From Bacteroidota bacterium (GTDB taxonomy: Bacteria > Bacteroidota > Bacteroidia > AKYH767-A > JAHEYN01), in assembly GCA_023251555.1 (NCBI GenBank), contig JAHEYN010000017.1, positions 2,693-66,692 of the forward strand: a DNA stretch of 64,000 nt, given 5' to 3'. Numbering within the stretch: position 1 is the first letter of the stretch; each line of letters starts with the position of its first letter. The notes beneath the pieces were generated by a model, which saw only the letters and a list, made by a program, of their open reading frames with translations, ran no database searches and was not told the DNA's origin. This document shows positions 27,203-37,691 of the stretch, one piece after another. The position numbers and the translations under genes are program-made.

Positions 27203-29038
27203 ATGACTAAACAAAGCGAATCTTCCGAAGTTATTGAGACCCTGAAGCCCGTTCCTGACCAGAATTTTAACTGGGATAATGCAGGCCGTGATAACGATTC
27301 TTATTCGGAGTCTGAGCGTTCCGCAATGGAAGCAATGTATGGTAAAACCCTCAGTGATGTTATTGAACATCAGATTGTTGATGGCATCATAATGGCCATT
27401 ACAGCGAAAGATGTGATTATCAATATAGGATTCAAATCGGATGGAATGGTTGCCCTGTCGGAATTCCGCTACAACCCGGACCTTAAAGTGGGGGATAAGG
27501 CAGAAGTGTATGTCGAAAGCCAGGAAGATCAAAACGGGCAGCTTGTTCTTTCTCATAAAAAGGCCAGAGCCATGCAGTCATGGGATAAAATAATCAAAGC
27601 ATATGAAACAGGGGAAGTTATTCAGGGTTATGTAAAATGCAGGACAAAAGGCGGACTTATTGTGGATGTGTTCGGGATAGAAGCATTTCTACCCGGATCA
27701 CAGATTGATGTGAAACCCATCCGCGACTACGATGTTTTTGTAAACAAAACCATGGAGTTTAAAGTGGTGAAAATAAACCATGAATTCAAAAACGTAGTGG
27801 TATCGCATAAGATTCTTATTGAAGAAGAGCTCGAAGCTCAAAAAGCGGAAATAATCTCCAAACTGGAAAAAGGGCAGGTGCTGGAAGGGCTTGTTAAGAA
27901 CATTACCTCCTACGGGGTGTTCATGGATCTTGGAGGTGTGGATGGCCTTCTTCACATCACTGATATTTCATGGGGCAGGATTGGCCACCCGCAGGAAGTG
28001 CTTCAGCTTGACCAGAAGATAAACGTGGTTATTCTTGATTTCGATGAACAGAAGAAACGTATAGCGCTCGGATTAAAGCAACTTACGCCTCACCCGTGGG
28101 ATTCCCTGGATCCTAATCTGAAAGCCGGCGATAAGGTCAAAGGGAAAATTGTAGTGCTTGCCGATTACGGAGCATTCCTCGAAATAGCCCCCGGGGTAGA
28201 AGGACTTATCCATGTATCTGAAATGTCCTGGTCACAGCACCTCAGGAGCCCGCAGGATTTCTTTAAGGCAGGAGATGAAGTTGAAGCGGTTATTTTAACC
28301 ATTGACCGTCAGGAAAGAAAAATGTCGCTGGGCGTGAAACAACTCACCCCTGATCCCTGGAATAGCATTAAAGACAAATATCCCGTTGGAACAAAGTTCA
28401 ATGCTGTAGTGAAAAACTATACCAACTTCGGGGTCTTTGTTGAACTTGAAGACGGAGTGGATGGCCTGATACACATCTCCGATCTCTCCTGGTCTAAAAA
28501 AATTAAACATCCTTCTGAACTTGTAAAAGTTGGCGACCCCATTGAAGCAATTGTACTTGATGTGGATGTGGAAAACAGGAGACTCAGCCTCGGGCATAAG
28601 CAACTCGAAGAAAATCCATGGGATGTTTATGAAACTGTGTTTACTCTTGACTCTGTCCATCCCGGTACAGTACTGAAACTGACTGATAAAGGTGCAATCA
28701 TTGGTCTTCCATATGGTATTGAGGGCTTCGCTCCTTCAAGGCATCTAGCCAAAAAAGATGGAACCACAGCAAAGCCAGATGAATCGCTTGACTTTAAAGT
28801 GATAGAGTTTTCAAAAGAAAACAAGAAAATAATTGTTTCTCATACCGCTACCTTTGAAACGCTTAGTGCAGAAACAAAGACGGATGTAAAAACCAGCAGA
28901 AAAGAAGAAGCCAAGTCCACCAAGAAAGCTATAAAAAAGATAAAAGATTCTATGGAGAAGAGTACCCTTGGGGACATAGGAGCGCTTTCTGCGCTGAAGT
29001 CTAATATGGACCCTTCGGGTGAAACCAAAGCTGAATAA
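27203..29038 (+). CDS. rpsA: 30S ribosomal protein S1
   Basis: 611 aa; six S1 domains. Confidence 0.9.
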   Translation: MTKQSESSEVIETLKPVPDQNFNWDNAGRDNDSYSESERSAMEAMYGKTLSDVIEHQIVDGIIMAITAKDVIINIGFKSDGMVALSEFRYNPDLKVGDKAEVYVESQEDQNGQLVLSHKKARAMQSWDKIIKAYETGEVIQGYVKCRTKGGLIVDVFGIEAFLPGSQIDVKPIRDYDVFVNKTMEFKVVKINHEFKNVVVSHKILIEEELEAQKAEIISKLEKGQVLEGLVKNITSYGVFMDLGGVDGLLHITDISWGRIGHPQEVLQLDQKINVVILDFDEQKKRIALGLKQLTPHPWDSLDPNLKAGDKVKGKIVVLADYGAFLEIAPGVEGLIHVSEMSWSQHLRSPQDFFKAGDEVEAVILTIDRQERKMSLGVKQLTPDPWNSIKDKYPVGTKFNAVVKNYTNFGVFVELEDGVDGLIHISDLSWSKKIKHPSELVKVGDPIEAIVLDVDVENRRLSLGHKQLEENPWDVYETVFTLDSVHPGTVLKLTDKGAIIGLPYGIEGFAPSRHLAKKDGTTAKPDESLDFKVIEFSKENKKIIVSHTATFETLSAETKTDVKTSRKEEAKSTKKAIKKIKDSMEKSTLGDIGALSALKSNMDPSGETKAE

Positions 29039-29043
29039 AAAAA

Positions 29044-29069
29044 AGTCTGCCACCGGCAGACTTTTTTTT
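29044..29069 (+). terminator. Rho-independent terminator after rpsA
   Basis: AGTCTGCC-ACCG-GCAGACT followed by TTTTTTTT. Confidence 0.7.
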
Positions 29070-29114
29070 GCCTTCTTCGCCGGGAGATGAGAGAATAGTA
29101 ATACCTTTGTGCGG

Positions 29115-29660
29115 ATGAGATCACGGTTAATTCTCAATAGCGAAAATTTCGAACTCACCATTAACCGTCTTTGTTACCAGCTCATTGAAAATCACAATGA
29201 CTTTTCCCGTTCTGCAATAATAGGCATCCAGCCCAGGGGGATTTTTCTTGCCAGACGTATTTATAAAACCCTTTCAGATATACTCGGAAAGCAACCTATA
29301 CTATGCGGGGAGCTTGATGTGACTTTTTTCAGAGATGACTACCGGAAACACGGGACTCCCCTCATACCAAGCGCTACACAACTTGACTTTATTGTGGAAG
29401 ATAAGCATGTTATACTTGTAGATGATGTGCTCTATACAGGACGCACCATCCGCGCCGGACTTGATGCAATGCTCGCCTTCGGGCGGCCACAGAAAGTGGA
29501 ACTTATGGTTCTCATAGACAGGAGATACAGCCGCCACCTGCCCATACAGCCCGACTATGTGGGAAGAACCGTGGATACTATAGCATCCGAAAAAGTAAAA
29601 GTGGAATGGAAAGAAGTAGAAGGAGAAGATAAAGTTTCATTATACACGTTGCCTAAATGA
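29115..29660 (+). CDS. pyrR: Bifunctional PyrR (pyr operon regulator / uracil phosphoribosyltransferase)
   Basis: PRPP-binding VILVDDVLYTGRTIRA; the ORF track's start at 29109 is a GTG, the first ATG is at 29115. Confidence 0.8.
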   Translation: MRSRLILNSENFELTINRLCYQLIENHNDFSRSAIIGIQPRGIFLARRIYKTLSDILGKQPILCGELDVTFFRDDYRKHGTPLIPSATQLDFIVEDKHVILVDDVLYTGRTIRAGLDAMLAFGRPQKVELMVLIDRRYSRHLPIQPDYVGRTVDTIASEKVKVEWKEVEGEDKVSLYTLPK

Positions 29661-29661
29661 T

Positions 29662-30603
29662 ATGGAAAGCCGCCTGACTTCAAAGCATCTGCTGGCAATC
29701 AAAGATATCTCCGCTGAAGACATTAATCTTATTTTTACCACTACTGACACTTTTAAAGATGTCATTAATCGTCCCATTAAGAAAGTCCCTTCGTTAAGGG
29801 ATATTACCATTGCAAATATTTTTTTTGAAAACTCAACACGAACAAAACTCTCTTTTGAACTTGCTGAGAAAAGGCTTTCTGCCGATGTGATAAATTTCTC
29901 GGCATCTTCTTCTTCCGTAAGTAAAGGAGAATCGCTCATCGACACCGTAAATAACATTCTTGCCATGAAGGTGGACATGATTGTGATGAGACACCCCCGG
30001 CCGGGAGCTGCAAAATTCTTGTCCTCTCATGTTTCGGCAAAAATTATAAACGCCGGCGATGGTACCCATGAACATCCCACCCAGGGACTCCTTGATGCAT
30101 ATTCTATAAGGGAAAAGTACGGTAATGTCAGGGGAATGAAAGTTGTAATAGTGGGAGATATCCTCCATTCAAGGGTTGCCCTCTCGAATATCTTCTGTCT
30201 CCAGAAACTGGGAGCAGAAGTCATGGTGTGCGGCCCTACCACTCTTATACCGAAATATATCGATTCGCTTGGAGTCAGGGTTGAACATAATCTTGATGAA
30301 GCTCTTGCATGGTGCGATGTGGCCAATATGCTGAGGATACAGATGGAACGTCAGGATATCAGATATTTCCCTTCTCTTCGTGAATATACCATGCTTTACG
30401 GTCTTGACAGAAAACGTCTTGAAAAGGTAGGAAAAAAAATAACGATTATGCATCCCGGACCCATCAACCGCGGAATTGAAATAACCAGTGATGTGGCAGA
30501 TTCCGGGCAATCCATCATCTTGGACCAGGTTGAAAACGGAGTTGCTGTCCGAATGGCAGTTCTTTATCTTCTTGCCGGACAGCAGGCCGGGGAAGAAAAG
30601 TAA
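29662..30603 (+). CDS. pyrB: Aspartate carbamoyltransferase catalytic subunit
   Basis: 313 aa; STRTK(R) carbamoyl-phosphate site, HPTQ, HPGP. Confidence 0.85.
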   Translation: MESRLTSKHLLAIKDISAEDINLIFTTTDTFKDVINRPIKKVPSLRDITIANIFFENSTRTKLSFELAEKRLSADVINFSASSSSVSKGESLIDTVNNILAMKVDMIVMRHPRPGAAKFLSSHVSAKIINAGDGTHEHPTQGLLDAYSIREKYGNVRGMKVVIVGDILHSRVALSNIFCLQKLGAEVMVCGPTTLIPKYIDSLGVRVEHNLDEALAWCDVANMLRIQMERQDIRYFPSLREYTMLYGLDRKRLEKVGKKITIMHPGPINRGIEITSDVADSGQSIILDQVENGVAVRMAVLYLLAGQQAGEEK

Positions 30604-30701
30604 TGCAAAGTAATCCGGCAGAAAGATTTTGAATAGAAGCCGAATTTCCTGCAGAATCGGATTTTGGAGTATTCACACTTATTTTTAACTTTGGATAAAA
30701 T

Positions 30702-31076
30702 ATGATGCTTATGAAATGCAATATTAACAAGCAAGACAGGTATACGGTGGTGAAGGTCGAGGAAGATAAGCTTAACAGTCAGGTAGCTCCCGAACTTAAA
30801 GCCCAGTTCGTATACATGAACGGCAAGGATGTGAAAAACATCATTGTTGATCTCGGTGCTGTAAAATATTGTGATTCGTCAGGACTGAGTGCCATCCTCG
30901 TTGGAAACCGCCTCTGCAAAAACGCCAAGGGATCCTTTGTAATCACAGGTCTGCAGGAGGCAGTAAAAAAGCTGATTTCCATTTCACAACTTGACACTGT
31001 GCTTACTATTACTCCTACCATCCAGGAAGCTACAGACATTGTCCTTATGGATGAAATAGAACGCGATATTGAATAA
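30702..31076 (+). CDS. STAS domain protein (anti-sigma-factor antagonist SpoIIAA-like)
   Basis: 124 aa; DLGAVKYCDSSGLSAIL pattern of STAS including the phosphorylatable Ser. Confidence 0.6.
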   Translation: MMLMKCNINKQDRYTVVKVEEDKLNSQVAPELKAQFVYMNGKDVKNIIVDLGAVKYCDSSGLSAILVGNRLCKNAKGSFVITGLQEAVKKLISISQLDTVLTITPTIQEATDIVLMDEIERDIE

Positions 31077-31078
31077 TT

Positions 31079-31846
31079 ATGTATGCGAAGAAGAATCTTT
31101 TCCTTGTAATACTTTTCCTTTCGCACATCTTCCTTTCAGCAGCCCAAAACTGTACTCCAAGTCTTTCTTACACTCAACCCGGAATCTATCCTGACAGCGT
31201 AATCGGTCTTCCTCATGCTTATGCGGGAACTCCTTACGCAACGGTTATTAACATTAAGGTAGATAGCGATACTGTTTATTCTGGCTTTACTTTCATTTAT
31301 GATTCCGTAAGAATCGACAGTGTTAAAATGATGAAAGGATCTGCCTGGGTATCACCTTCTGTTTTGGGATTTGGCTACTCATGTAATTTACCGGCATGCA
31401 CCTGGCCAGGCGGAGCTAACGGATGTATTGATTTAAGCGGGACGCCTTCTCTTGCTGACTCGGGGGTAAATCCTGTGCGGGTTTATCTCACCGCATATCT
31501 CCACGGCGTCCTTGGATCCACAGTACAGGGCGTTGTAAGAGATGACTATAAATTGGTTATTGAACCTCCGCTTGGGCTTTATAAAATCCCTTCTCCGGAG
31601 GAAAAAATTGTCGCTATCTCCGATCCTTCTTCCGGGAACATCTCTATAATTATATCTGCTTTAAGAACAAGAGAAGAACACGTGAAAATATATAACCTGA
31701 GGGGAAGCTTACTGTATGAGGAAAGGGTTTCTTTCCTCAAAGGAGAAAATAAAATTTCTATTCCTTCAATTATCTTTCCTTCCGGGCTTTATATATTCAT
31801 TGATGGGGAGACTAAGCACAAATTCCTTATCTGCCCGCAAAACTGA
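31079..31846 (+). CDS. Secreted protein with T9SS type-A C-terminal sorting domain
   Basis: 255 aa; signal; C-terminus VKIYNLRGSLLYEERVSF...SGLYIFIDGETKHKFLI; starts 3 bp after the STAS gene and ends directly at rnz. Confidence 0.55.
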   Translation: MYAKKNLFLVILFLSHIFLSAAQNCTPSLSYTQPGIYPDSVIGLPHAYAGTPYATVINIKVDSDTVYSGFTFIYDSVRIDSVKMMKGSAWVSPSVLGFGYSCNLPACTWPGGANGCIDLSGTPSLADSGVNPVRVYLTAYLHGVLGSTVQGVVRDDYKLVIEPPLGLYKIPSPEEKIVAISDPSSGNISIIISALRTREEHVKIYNLRGSLLYEERVSFLKGENKISIPSIIFPSGLYIFIDGETKHKFLICPQN

Positions 31847-31855
31847 GTGCCTTAT

Positions 31856-32770
31856 ATGACTTTTGAACTTACCATTCTCGGCAGCAGTTCAGCAACCCCG
31901 GCACATGACAGAAACCCTAGCGCACAAGTTCTCAATATTCACGCCCAACTGATTCTTATTGACTGCGGGGAAGCCACACAGATACAACTTTCCCGGTATA
32001 AGATAAAAGCACATTCGATCAGGCACATTTTTATAAGCCATCTTCATGGCGACCATTACCTCGGACTTATTGGCCTGCTTTCTACTATGCATCTGCAGGG
32101 AAGAACTGCAGAGATCCATCTCCATGCGCACCAGGAGTTAAAAGAAATAATTGATGTACAGCTAAAATACTCTGACACAAAATTCCGTTACCCTCTTGTT
32201 TTTCATGAACTGCCTCCGAATTCCGGTCAAATCCTGCTTAACGAAACAACTTTTACCGTTGAAAGCATACGGATGAACCACAGGATTCCATGCAGTGGAT
32301 TTGTTTTCCGGGAAAAAAAAGCGCCGAGAAAGTTAATAAAAGAGAAACTCGCATATTACCGAATTCCCCCGGAGGCCTGTGCAGAAATAAAAACAGGAAA
32401 AGATTACTTTGATGCTGCCAGCGGTAAAAATATCAGAAACGAAGATCTCACTATCGACTCTCTCTCACCAAGAAATTATGCATATTGCCCTGATACTATT
32501 TATGATGAATCCATTCTTCCATTCATAAAGAACGCCGATTTGCTTTACCATGAAGCCACATTTGCAAATGACATGGCTGAACGTGCCAGGGAAACATTTC
32601 ATACAACGGCAGAGCAGGCCGCCATGATGGCAAGCAGGGCAGAGGCAAGGCGCCTCATAATAGGCCATTTTTCGGCAAGGTACAAGGACCTCAATTCTAT
32701 CCTTTCGGAAGCAAGAAATGTTTTTCCGGAAACACATCTTGCGCTTGAAGGAAAAAAATTTACCCTCTGA
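31856..32770 (+). CDS. rnz: Ribonuclease Z (tRNA 3' endonuclease)
   Basis: HLHGDH motif in FISHLHGDHYLGLIGLL; about 305 aa; ORF-track start at 31847 is a GTG, first ATG at 31856. Confidence 0.8.
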   Translation: MTFELTILGSSSATPAHDRNPSAQVLNIHAQLILIDCGEATQIQLSRYKIKAHSIRHIFISHLHGDHYLGLIGLLSTMHLQGRTAEIHLHAHQELKEIIDVQLKYSDTKFRYPLVFHELPPNSGQILLNETTFTVESIRMNHRIPCSGFVFREKKAPRKLIKEKLAYYRIPPEACAEIKTGKDYFDAASGKNIRNEDLTIDSLSPRNYAYCPDTIYDESILPFIKNADLLYHEATFANDMAERARETFHTTAEQAAMMASRAEARRLIIGHFSARYKDLNSILSEARNVFPETHLALEGKKFTL

Positions 32771-32872
32771 CTGTCCGCTCTTTTCCTGTTAACAAATTAA
32801 ATCGGGTTTTTACTTGGATTCAGCCGGAAGAATTTATTTATTTGTCTGCTTAACATTAAATATATAATACTC

Positions 32873-34039
32873 ATGAATAAAAAATATATTATTCTGCCTG
32901 CATTTCTTGCGATGGCAGCTATCACTTCAAATGCACAGGACTCCACCGGAAGCAAGACCTCCGTCGGAGGATATGCGGAGGCACATTACCATCAGGATAT
33001 CAGCATGGATGAAAAAATTCCAGGAGAACTGGATTTACACCGGGTAGTGCTTTATGTCGGGCATACATTTTCAGATAAACTGAGTTTCAAATCTGAACTT
33101 GAGTGGGAGCACGTTTTTGAGGCTGAAGTCGAACAGGCCTACTTTGATTATAAGTTTTCAGATCTCATAGGCATGAGGGCCGGTTACGTGCTCACGCCCA
33201 TGGGGATTATCAACGAATACCATGAACCGCCTCTCTTCAACGGAGTGGACCGCCCCAACATAGACAGATATATTGTTCCAACAACATGGAGGGAACTTTC
33301 AGCAGGCTTCTTTGGAAGGCTGGATAAGCTCTCTTTGAAATACCAGGCCTACATTACCAACGGGTTTATCAGCCACAAGGAAGGAAAAACTGCTCTCAGC
33401 GGGGAGATGGGATTAAGGGAAGGAAGACAGGAGGGTGCGGAATCCATTATTCATTCCCCTAATTTTGCTGCCAAGATCGACTGGTATGGCATCAGCGGCC
33501 TCAAGGTTGGTTTAGCTGGTTACATGGGTAATACCCAGTCGGATGTGCCTCTTTCAAATGTCAGCAACCTGAAAGTGGCATCACAACTTTCATACGATTC
33601 AACTGTAGTGGGGATTAAAATGATTGGTGTTGATTACCGTTATGCCATCAATGGCCTGGAAACACGCGGAGAATTTATCTACAGCATGCTGAGCAATACA
33701 GCCCGGTTTAACCAGAAGGATTCCACAGATCTGGGGTCGGCTATGATGGGTTATTATATTGAAGCAGGTTATAATATTATGCCGCTTATCTGTATGGCAA
33801 GTAATCAGAAACTCGCACTTTTTGCACGGATCGAAGAATATAACATGCACCAGGATGTAGAGGACAGTTTTGTAACTCCGGTGAACGGGGCATATAATCA
33901 CAGAGATTTTGTCTTTGGTGCTTCATACAGGCCCAAAGACAATTTTGCTTACAAATTTGATTACCGGCTCAGGTCTGATGCCAACGGAGAGGAACTGCCT
34001 TCCCAGGTCAATCTTGGTGTAGGTGTTTATTTTTACTAG
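32873..34039 (+). CDS. Outer-membrane beta-barrel, putative porin (OprO/P-like)
   Basis: 388 aa; signal peptide; alternating amphipathic strands; C-terminal aromatic VGVYFY. Confidence 0.45.
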   Translation: MNKKYIILPAFLAMAAITSNAQDSTGSKTSVGGYAEAHYHQDISMDEKIPGELDLHRVVLYVGHTFSDKLSFKSELEWEHVFEAEVEQAYFDYKFSDLIGMRAGYVLTPMGIINEYHEPPLFNGVDRPNIDRYIVPTTWRELSAGFFGRLDKLSLKYQAYITNGFISHKEGKTALSGEMGLREGRQEGAESIIHSPNFAAKIDWYGISGLKVGLAGYMGNTQSDVPLSNVSNLKVASQLSYDSTVVGIKMIGVDYRYAINGLETRGEFIYSMLSNTARFNQKDSTDLGSAMMGYYIEAGYNIMPLICMASNQKLALFARIEEYNMHQDVEDSFVTPVNGAYNHRDFVFGASYRPKDNFAYKFDYRLRSDANGEELPSQVNLGVGVYFY

Positions 34040-34064
34040 TATCTTCGTAAAAAAAACTAACAAT

Positions 34065-34877
34065 ATGGCAAACGATCTGCTAAGAGGGAAAAGAGGAATA
34101 ATCTTCGGTGCGCTGGATGAAAAATCCATCGCATGGAAAGTTGCCTTACGCTGCCATGAAGAGGGGGCGGCATTTACTTTAACGAATGCTCCGGTGGCGC
34201 TGCGGCTCGGCACTATCAATAAACTTGCATCTGAATGTAAAGCCCAGGTGATACCCGCAGATGTAACAGCCGTTCCGGATCTTGAAAACCTGTTTACAAA
34301 GTCCACAGAAGCACTTGGAGGAAAAATTGATTTTATCCTTCATTCTGTGGGGATGTCTCCCAACGTCAGAAAGGGGAGGGGGTATACCGACCTGGACTAC
34401 GATTTCTATCATAAAACGCTGGATATTTCAGCTTTATCCCTTCACAAGGTTCTGCAAACAGCGCAAAGGATGGATGTTTTAAGCGAAGGAGGATCCGTTG
34501 TTGCTCTCACTTATATAGCTGCCCAGAGAGTATTCCCTGATTACGGTGATATGGCAGATGCAAAGGCAATCCTCGAATCCATTACAAGAAGTTATGGATA
34601 CCATCTCGGCAAGGCAAAGAAAATACGTATAAATACAGTATCACAATCACCCACCAAAACAACGGCCGGCAGTGGAGTTAAAGGATTTGATTCCTTCTAC
34701 AACTATGCCGATGCAATGTCCCCGCTTGGCAATGCAGACGCTGCAAGCTGCGCAGATTACTGCGTTTCATTGTTTTCAGACTTGACAAGGATGGTTACCA
34801 TGCAAAACCTCTTCAATGACGGAGGTTTTTCATACACGGGAGTAAGCAGGGAGGTAATGGAAAAATTCTCTTCCTGA
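34065..34877 (+). CDS. fabI: Enoyl-[acyl-carrier-protein] reductase (NADH), FabI
   Basis: LLRGKRGIIFGALDEKSIAWKVA N-terminus typical of FabI; the first ATG after the porin stop is at 34065 (ORF-track 34023 start would overlap the porin). Confidence 0.75.
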   Translation: MANDLLRGKRGIIFGALDEKSIAWKVALRCHEEGAAFTLTNAPVALRLGTINKLASECKAQVIPADVTAVPDLENLFTKSTEALGGKIDFILHSVGMSPNVRKGRGYTDLDYDFYHKTLDISALSLHKVLQTAQRMDVLSEGGSVVALTYIAAQRVFPDYGDMADAKAILESITRSYGYHLGKAKKIRINTVSQSPTKTTAGSGVKGFDSFYNYADAMSPLGNADAASCADYCVSLFSDLTRMVTMQNLFNDGGFSYTGVSREVMEKFSS

Positions 34878-34920
34878 GAAGATTTATTTTTATACGGAGG
34901 TAGAAAAAAGGAGGAAGAGT

Positions 34921-37467
34921 TTAACTTTCCTCCTTTTTCTTTTTGGGCTTTTGGGGTTTCACAATATTGAGTTTAAGAGATGTTGCATCTTTCTCATACC
35001 CTATTTCTATTGTGTCACCGGGATGAAGCTCCGCCTTAATTATTTCTTCTGCGAGAGGGTCTTCTATGTATTTCTGAACAGCCCTTTTAAGCGGCCTGGC
35101 GCCAAAACTGGAGTCGAAGCCCTTGTCTGCAATAAAATCTTTGGCTCCATCCGAGAGTTTCAGCTTATAGCCCATTTCCTCTATGCGCTTATTAAGGGAG
35201 AACAGCTCAATATCAATAATTTTATGTATGTCTTCTTTTGTAAGAGAGTTGAATATCACCACATCATCAATCCGGTTAAGGAACTCAGGGGCAAAGGCTT
35301 TCTTAAGAGAGTTTTCAATAACAGATCTGGCATTTTCATCCATGTTTGATTGCCTTGTAGAGGTGGTAAAACCAACACCCTGTCCGAAATCCTTAAGCTG
35401 TCTCGATCCGATATTAGAAGTCATGATGATAATAGTGTTCTTAAAATCCACCTTCCTTCCGAGGCTGTCAGTAAGCTGCCCGTCATCAAGAACCTGCAGG
35501 AGCAGGTTAAAAACATCGGGGTGTGCTTTTTCAATTTCGTCAAGAAGAATCACAGCATATGGTTTTCTTCGCACTTTTTCAGTAAGTTGTCCGCCTTCTT
35601 CATATCCGACATATCCCGGTGGTGCACCTACAAGTCTTGAAACTGCAAACTTCTCCATATATTCACTCATATCAATTCTCACGAGTGCTTCCTCGCTGTC
35701 AAACAGATATCTTGAGATCTCTTTCGCCAGCTCAGTTTTTCCGACACCTGTGGGGCCGAGAAAAATAAATGATCCTATAGGCTTTTTCGGGTCTTTCAGT
35801 CCTGCGCGGTTTCTTTGAATGGCTTTAACCACTTTCTTAACAGCTTCTTCCTGGCCTATCACCCTGTGTTTTATTTCCTCTCCCATCTGCAGAAGGCGGG
35901 TAGTTTCCGTTTGTGCAATCCTGTTCATGGGTATTCCTGTCATCATGGCAACCACTTGGGCGACATCTTCTTCGTTTACCGTGAAGCGCTGGCTTTTTGT
36001 CTCCTCTTCCCATGAATGCTTTGCTTTTTCAAGCTGCTCGAGGAGATCTTTTTCAATATCCCTCAGGCGGGCAGCCTCTTCGTACTTCTGGCTTCTGACC
36101 ACCTTGCTTTTTTCGCCTTTGATATCCTGTATTTTGGATTCAATATCAAGAATAGTTTTAGGAACGTGAATATTCGTAATATGAACCCTGGATCCGGCTT
36201 CGTCAAGGGCATCAATGGCTTTGTCAGGGAGGAAGCGATCGGTAATATAACGGTTGGTAAGTGTGACACATGCCTTGACAGCTTCAGGCGTATAATTTAC
36301 ATTGTGATGCTCTTCGTAACGCTCTTTGATATTATTCAGGATCTGAATAGTTTCATCGGGGGTTGTGGGATCTACCAACACTTTCTGGAAGCGCCTGTCA
36401 AGTGCCCCGTCTTTTTCTATATACTGCCTGTATTCATCAAGGGTTGTAGCGCCTATGCATTGCAATTCACCCCTGGCAAGTGCGGGCTTAAACATGTTAG
36501 AGGCATCAAGGGAACCTGAAGCGCCGCCGGCTCCGATGATAGTGTGGATTTCATCTATAAACAAAATCACATCCGGAGATTTCTCCAGTTCATTCATGAC
36601 GGCTTTCATGCGCTCCTCAAACTGCCCACGGTATTTGGTGCCTGCAACAAGGGAAGCCAGGTCCAGAGTTACTATGCGCTTGTTAAACAAAACCCTTGAG
36701 ACCTTTCTCTGTATGATTCTCAGGGCAAGACCTTCTGCGATGGCTGATTTTCCAACACCCGGCTCTCCGATAAGTATGGGATTGTTCTTTTTTCTTCTGC
36801 TGAGGATCTGCGACACTCTTTCAATTTCTTTCTCACGGCCGACAATGGGGTCAAGCTTTCCTTCCTCTGCAGCTTTAGTAAGATCACGGCCGAAATTATC
36901 AAGTACAGGAGTCCTTGATTTGGAATCACCGGTTTTCTTGGGTCCTGCTCCAAAGGGGCCGCCTTCATCTTCTTTTTCAAAAGGCTCATCCCCCGGAGGA
37001 GGCTGTGGTGACTCCATGCGGGTAGTCTTGTCTGGTTTCAGGAGTTCGAGTTCCTCCTTTACACTTTCATAATCAATATTATAGTGCCGGAGTATCTGGG
37101 TTGCAATATTATCCTCGTCTTTCAGGATGGAAAGAAGAAGGTGTTCCGTCCCGATCACATCACTTTTGTACAACTTTGCCTCAAGGTAAGTAATTTTGAG
37201 GGCCTTTTCTGCCTGTTTTGTCAGCGGTATATTGGAAAGAGTCTGAGCATTACCGGAATTACTTTTAACAGCTTTTTCTATGGATTTACGCAATTCAGGC
37301 AGTCCTGCCCCGAGATTTTTGATGATTTTTATTGCTTTCCCTTCACCCTCCCTGATTAATCCCAGCAGAAGGTGCTCTGTTCCTATATAATCATGTCCAA
37401 GCCGCAAGGCCTCCTCGCGACTAAAGGTTATCACATCTTTTACCCGTGGAGAAAATTTAGCTTCCAT
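34921..37467 (-). CDS. clpC: ATP-dependent Clp protease ATP-binding subunit ClpC (two AAA+ modules, tandem Clp_N)
   Basis: 848 aa; Walker A GEPGVGKS and GPTGVGKT; Clp_N repeats. Confidence 0.85.
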   Translation of the reverse strand: MEAKFSPRVKDVITFSREEALRLGHDYIGTEHLLLGLIREGEGKAIKIIKNLGAGLPELRKSIEKAVKSNSGNAQTLSNIPLTKQAEKALKITYLEAKLYKSDVIGTEHLLLSILKDEDNIATQILRHYNIDYESVKEELELLKPDKTTRMESPQPPPGDEPFEKEDEGGPFGAGPKKTGDSKSRTPVLDNFGRDLTKAAEEGKLDPIVGREKEIERVSQILSRRKKNNPILIGEPGVGKSAIAEGLALRIIQRKVSRVLFNKRIVTLDLASLVAGTKYRGQFEERMKAVMNELEKSPDVILFIDEIHTIIGAGGASGSLDASNMFKPALARGELQCIGATTLDEYRQYIEKDGALDRRFQKVLVDPTTPDETIQILNNIKERYEEHHNVNYTPEAVKACVTLTNRYITDRFLPDKAIDALDEAGSRVHITNIHVPKTILDIESKIQDIKGEKSKVVRSQKYEEAARLRDIEKDLLEQLEKAKHSWEEETKSQRFTVNEEDVAQVVAMMTGIPMNRIAQTETTRLLQMGEEIKHRVIGQEEAVKKVVKAIQRNRAGLKDPKKPIGSFIFLGPTGVGKTELAKEISRYLFDSEEALVRIDMSEYMEKFAVSRLVGAPPGYVGYEEGGQLTEKVRRKPYAVILLDEIEKAHPDVFNLLLQVLDDGQLTDSLGRKVDFKNTIIIMTSNIGSRQLKDFGQGVGFTTSTRQSNMDENARSVIENSLKKAFAPEFLNRIDDVVIFNSLTKEDIHKIIDIELFSLNKRIEEMGYKLKLSDGAKDFIADKGFDSSFGARPLKRAVQKYIEDPLAEEIIKAELHPGDTIEIGYEKDATSLKLNIVKPQKPKKKKEES

Positions 37468-37691
37468 TTTGAGTCGTTTTTATTGTTTTATACGTGCCCG
37501 ACAGATGCTGCGTTCCGTATCTTGGCAAACATAAAAAAAAATACCGGCATCAAAGCTTTTTAAGCCTCTATTTATGAACAAAAAAATGTTAGTAATTATG
37601 TTACTGATTAACGGTTTTAATACGTATTTTCGTGCTGTTCAAAGAGATCATTTTACGATACTTATTTTCCAAAAATATAATAAAAAAAACT

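Noticed and set aside
29039-29114. PyrR-binding attenuator in the rpsA-pyrR intergenic region
   Set aside because: The rpsA terminator hairpin is there, but I could not find the conserved PyrR binding loop (..UCCAGAGAGGCU..). Only a weak GGGAGATGAGAG is present. Not called.
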